This document shows positions 60,598 through 64,000 of a DNA stretch of 64,000 nt, piece by piece. The translations under genes were made by a program, and so were the position numbers. Positions within the stretch are counted from its first letter, which is position 1. Every line of letters begins with the position of its first letter. Origin of the DNA: Schizochytrium sp. TIO01 (Eukaryota > Protista > Bigyra: Labyrinthulomycetes). The notes below the pieces were generated by a model that worked only from the letters and a program-made list of their open reading frames with translations, made no database searches and was not told the origin of the DNA. The DNA lies in assembly GCA_004764695.1 (NCBI GenBank), contig SMSO01000006.1:945859-1009858 (forward strand), read 5' to 3'.

Positions 60598-61722
60598 TTA
60601 CTTGTTGCACTCGCCCCAGGCGCAGATCTTGTAAGTGAGCATCAAGTCCATGAAATCCTTGTTTGACCACACAGGCTCTTGCATCTCCGGCAGCGCTGCT
60701 CTTGCCTTTGCATCGTAATTCTCTGTAAGAGGATCCTCCTCAACCTTGAGATCTGCCTGCAGTTTAGCCACCATAGGTTCCTCATGCCCCTGCGGTGGGT
60801 TGGTTTTCTTCTCCTTCTTGCGAGTCTTGAGGATTTCTTCTGAAGCCCTCGTCATAAGAGAGAGAGCGTTGGCCCTTGAGTAGTCATTCGTAGGGTAACT
60901 GTGGTGTTCACGTACCATGCACCGCACTGGGAGTTGTCCAGTTCTCAGCAGCGCGTCCACAGCATCCTCAACTTGAGCTTCCGACATCTTGGTCTTGTCG
61001 AGGTCTGCCTTGGAGGCTCTCGTAAACAGTCTAAAGACGGTGTCACAGCGCTCAAAGGGCTCCACGTCCATGAGCATAGTTGTGGCAGTGAGCAACACGC
61101 GGAGGTCCAGCTCATCACCTTGTTCTTCAAGCCTCAGCGCAAGTCTCTCAAGAAGATGATCACATTTGACAGCGGAGGACTCGGAGTCCAACAGCCTTTT
61201 GACTTGCGCGAAGAATGCAGCTGGACTGGCCTTGCCAGAGGGGAAATCCTTGAGCAAGCGCATGCGCAGAAGCTCAAATTGGGCGGGCTTAAGGCCGTTG
61301 CTGCTCCAGAGCTGATCAATCTCATCAGGAGCCATTGCAAGCTCACCGGCAAGGATCTGCTCGAGCTTCTTGCGCTTCTTCGAGTTCGCAGTACCACGGT
61401 AAAAGTACGCCACGATGGAACCAATGAAGAACAGCGCGATACCAAAGAACCAGTACGCCTCCTGCTCATTAGCACGGGCCACACGACGCTTCCGCTCCTC
61501 CTCCGTCTCTTTCGGCGCCTCCTTTGGCGTCTCAGACACGTTCACGGAGGTCGAGGCAGCGGTGCTCAAGGAGCGAGGAGTGGCGAAGGAGCTCCAACGA
61601 CGACCGAGAACAGATACGCGAGAAAACTCGGCGTGGGAGAGGACGCCGCCGAGAGAGACGCTGCTACGACCGAGGAGAGGACGTGCAGCGCCGGCGAGAC
61701 GCGCCATGGCGCTCATGGTCAT
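60598..61722 (-). CDS. Hypothetical mitochondrion-targeted single-TM protein with degenerate EF-hand-like helices
   Basis: ATG at 61722. Arg/Ser/Ala-rich, acid-poor presequence-like N-terminus; TM YWFFGIALFFIGSIVAYFY; strong GC3 bias; C-terminal ICAWGEC. Confidence 0.8.
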   Translation of the reverse strand: MTMSAMARLAGAARPLLGRSSVSLGGVLSHAEFSRVSVLGRRWSSFATPRSLSTAASTSVNVSETPKEAPKETEEERKRRVARANEQEAYWFFGIALFFIGSIVAYFYRGTANSKKRKKLEQILAGELAMAPDEIDQLWSSNGLKPAQFELLRMRLLKDFPSGKASPAAFFAQVKRLLDSESSAVKCDHLLERLALRLEEQGDELDLRVLLTATTMLMDVEPFERCDTVFRLFTRASKADLDKTKMSEAQVEDAVDALLRTGQLPVRCMVREHHSYPTNDYSRANALSLMTRASEEILKTRKKEKKTNPPQGHEEPMVAKLQADLKVEEDPLTENYDAKARAALPEMQEPVWSNKDFMDLMLTYKICAWGECNK

Positions 61723-63107
61723 GTGAAAGCCAAGGCGAGACGAATACGAACGAGGCACCAAGGGGGGCAGAGGAGCGATTCGACCACGCAAGGAAGAACA
61801 GCAACTCTAAACGAGGCTCAAGACGCAGCCTCTGGGCCTGGGCTTGAAAGGAATTGAGCGACTGTACACCGCCACTCGTGCAAGAAAGCAGTGCAAAGGA
61901 GAAGAAATCAATCAATTTCTATGGGCTCCATAATGTGGTGGTAGTAGCAGTACTACTATTCAAGTCTTGTTTGTTTAGTTCACTGTATGAAGGCATTTGC
62001 TCTGCTTTATTAAAGCAAGGAAACCCATTTGGAAGGGCGCATACTATGGGTTATTAACTTCTTCTTCTTCTTCTTCTTCTTCGTTATATGACACAGGAAG
62101 AAAACACCTGTGAATAATCAGATTAGTTCATTCACCACAATTCTGTGAGGAGAAGATGCTTCGTGAGGATCCGAAGATGAAGACAGCGCCCCTAAGGGTG
62201 CTTTGGAGATGAAAGAACTGCGTTGGGAGAGCCAGATGCACTTGCTGCATCATATTGTGAAAGGCAATTGGAGTCAATGTAACTTTTAGCTGGTGTACAA
62301 GATCCTGATTGACGATTGTTCTGACATTACCAACAAAATGCTCTGTGAGGCTACTTATGACAAAGAAGCTATCTATCTAACAGTGATAATACACCCATTT
62401 GCTCCCCGAGCGGCATATTGCTTAGACAAAATTATCAAACCTCTGATAAGCCTTAACCTTATATCAATTAAATCTCACATCTCAGTTTCTAAATTTTACA
62501 AGATTCGTCTACAATTCGCCTTGTTTATCCCAGATCTGGTATATTCATAGACATCTGTGCGCTCACGATTTGTTGAGGTCGAAAGCAAAGCGATTTTATG
62601 CATATTGGAATGACATGTGTGGAAGAGGTCTATTTTTAAATAGGCCTCTATAGCAGGTTTAGCCCCTTTTTAAACTCCTTTAGGCCTCTTTGGGATTTTG
62701 AGAACTCTGGGCGAGACACGATTCCCTGCGTCTCGACTTTCGCTTTCTCGTGCTGCAAACTACGAACTCACTGAGCAAGGTCAGATCCATAGAAGCGCTG
62801 GCCTACCTTGTTGAGACCAAGAGGAGGTCCCGTCAAAGACTACGCCTAGTTTGTTTTGTGATAGCCACGGACGCTGCAGCGTCTCGATTCGCTTGAGTGT
62901 GCTTGCTTTCCCAGCGCGTAGCTCGCGGCAAAGACCATTTCCCTGTCCTTTTTGAACCTCGGTTAGAGATTAGAACGTCAATAAAGTATAAAAAGGAGAG
63001 AGGATCGCATTTCCCGCGGCGTGAATTCACTGCATCTTCTATTGATCTTGGCGGAAACCTATTTCGCCTAGTTGCTTCAAAGTTAACTTGGATTTGAGTT
63101 ATCAGAA

Positions 63108-64000
63108 ATGCTGCAAGCCTCAAGGGTTTGCGTATCCGGACTCGGTGCCCAGCACCGAGGTGCCGCTCCTGAGGCTGCCTGGGAAAATTTCCAAGTTAAA
63201 GTTGCAAATGCGCCTCTAGCCAAGGTTGAGAGGGTAGACCCTCTGGCCTGCGTCTATGTGTCAGTGCAGTCTTTGCGAAGGTTATCAATGATTAGCAATC
63301 GTTGGGCAGAGGTTTCAACAGTAGGCAACCGCAATGCTTTCGTCAGGGTGATTGCATCGCGAGCTCTCGACGAAGACGACGAAGAAGATCACAGTGAATC
63401 TAACAATGCCTCGAACCAGACCCAAGGAAACCTTGTGGTGATGAATCCTATGATGGCCTTCAACTTAGGTCTTCGCCAAGGCACCACGCACACCATTCGT
63501 ATGCGCCGGCGATTCTTTGGTGCAAATGACTCTCCTCCTATTGCTGCGCGTGTTACAATTGCACGTGTGCGCAGCCCTGCCTCAAGTGGGCATGCTGAGT
63601 ACGGTCCTGCCCTCCGGGAGTACTTCAGCATTCCTAGACTTGTGCGCAAGTACGATGTGCTTGCAATCCCAATCCGCGATGTCCTTACTCTAGAGGGCTG
63701 CGAAAACCACGGTGACAATGACCTTGATGATGACGAGATTGAGTTAACAGCAGGCAGCATGGGCGAGAGCGAAGAGGTTACCGGAGCTGCTTCAGGAGAA
63801 AGCACTCTCGAAGCCTTTGAAGATTACCCGTCAGACTTTACAGTGCTTGCAGACGATGCACTTGATGCGCGGGGACGTGAACTTCCCGTGCCACATTCAG
63901 TTGTCTACTTTCAAGTGATTGAGTTGTCACGTACATTGGAAGGCGCTCGTACTGATGCGAGCTCAGTCAGTGCAGCGTCCACAAACGGTGAATCAGATAC
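63108..64000 (+). CDS. PEX6: Peroxisomal AAA ATPase PEX6, N-terminal part (runs off the window)
   Basis: Manually translated frame, open from ATG 63108 to the window end: VYVSVQSLRRL...WAEV, MNPMMAFNLG, PPIAARVTIARVRSP, ALREYF..PRLV..YDVLAIP, VVYFQV match the Pex6 N-domain pattern. The AAA domains lie outside the window. Confidence 0.8.
   Translation, partial: MLQASRVCVSGLGAQHRGAAPEAAWENFQVKVANAPLAKVERVDPLACVYVSVQSLRRLSMISNRWAEVSTVGNRNAFVRVIASRALDEDDEEDHSESNNASNQTQGNLVVMNPMMAFNLGLRQGTTHTIRMRRRFFGANDSPPIAARVTIARVRSPASSGHAEYGPALREYFSIPRLVRKYDVLAIPIRDVLTLEGCENHGDNDLDDDEIELTAGSMGESEEVTGAASGESTLEAFEDYPSDFTVLADDALDARGRELPVPHSVVYFQVIELSRTLEGARTDASSVSAASTNGESD

Noticed and set aside
60901-61857. 318-aa + strand ORF (also 2245-2862, 3565-4062, 11172-11648, 50796-51239, 63389-63805)
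   Set aside because: Antisense shadows of real genes, caused by codon bias; no motifs.
11190-64000. Functional gene cluster (PEX11+PEX6; two glycosyltransferases; ciliary genes)
   Set aside because: The paired genes are about 36-52 kb apart with unrelated genes between them, consistent with chance.

Overview
Eukaryotic nuclear DNA of roughly 45% GC (judged by eye), intron-poor, with long microsatellite-rich intergenic regions. Its overall style suggests a flagellated stramenopile protist such as a thraustochytrid, but this is inference only. There are about 12 protein-coding genes: a partial ankyrin-repeat protein, a Tudor+HNH fusion, a WD40 protein, a GT31 galactosyltransferase, PEX11 (2 exons), a small 2-TM protein, a TMEM242/AIM11-like protein, a frame-broken GT54/MGAT4-like GlcNAc-transferase, a PX-domain AGC kinase, RABL2, a mitochondrial single-TM protein, and the start of PEX6 (absent from the ORF track). 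A zone of decayed reading frames lies at about 12.8-17.3 kb, one of them weakly gag-like, and a ~22 kb gene desert spans 19.2-41.2 kb. No rRNA, intact tRNA or CRISPR array was found. The best leads for something undescribed are the Tudor-HNH fusion, a ~255-nt strand-biased multi-hairpin element upstream of the GT31 gene, the +1 frame break in the GT54 gene, a 24-bp sense-strand hairpin in the PEX11 intron, and the split-PX kinase. All family calls come from motif recognition by eye; no searches were run.
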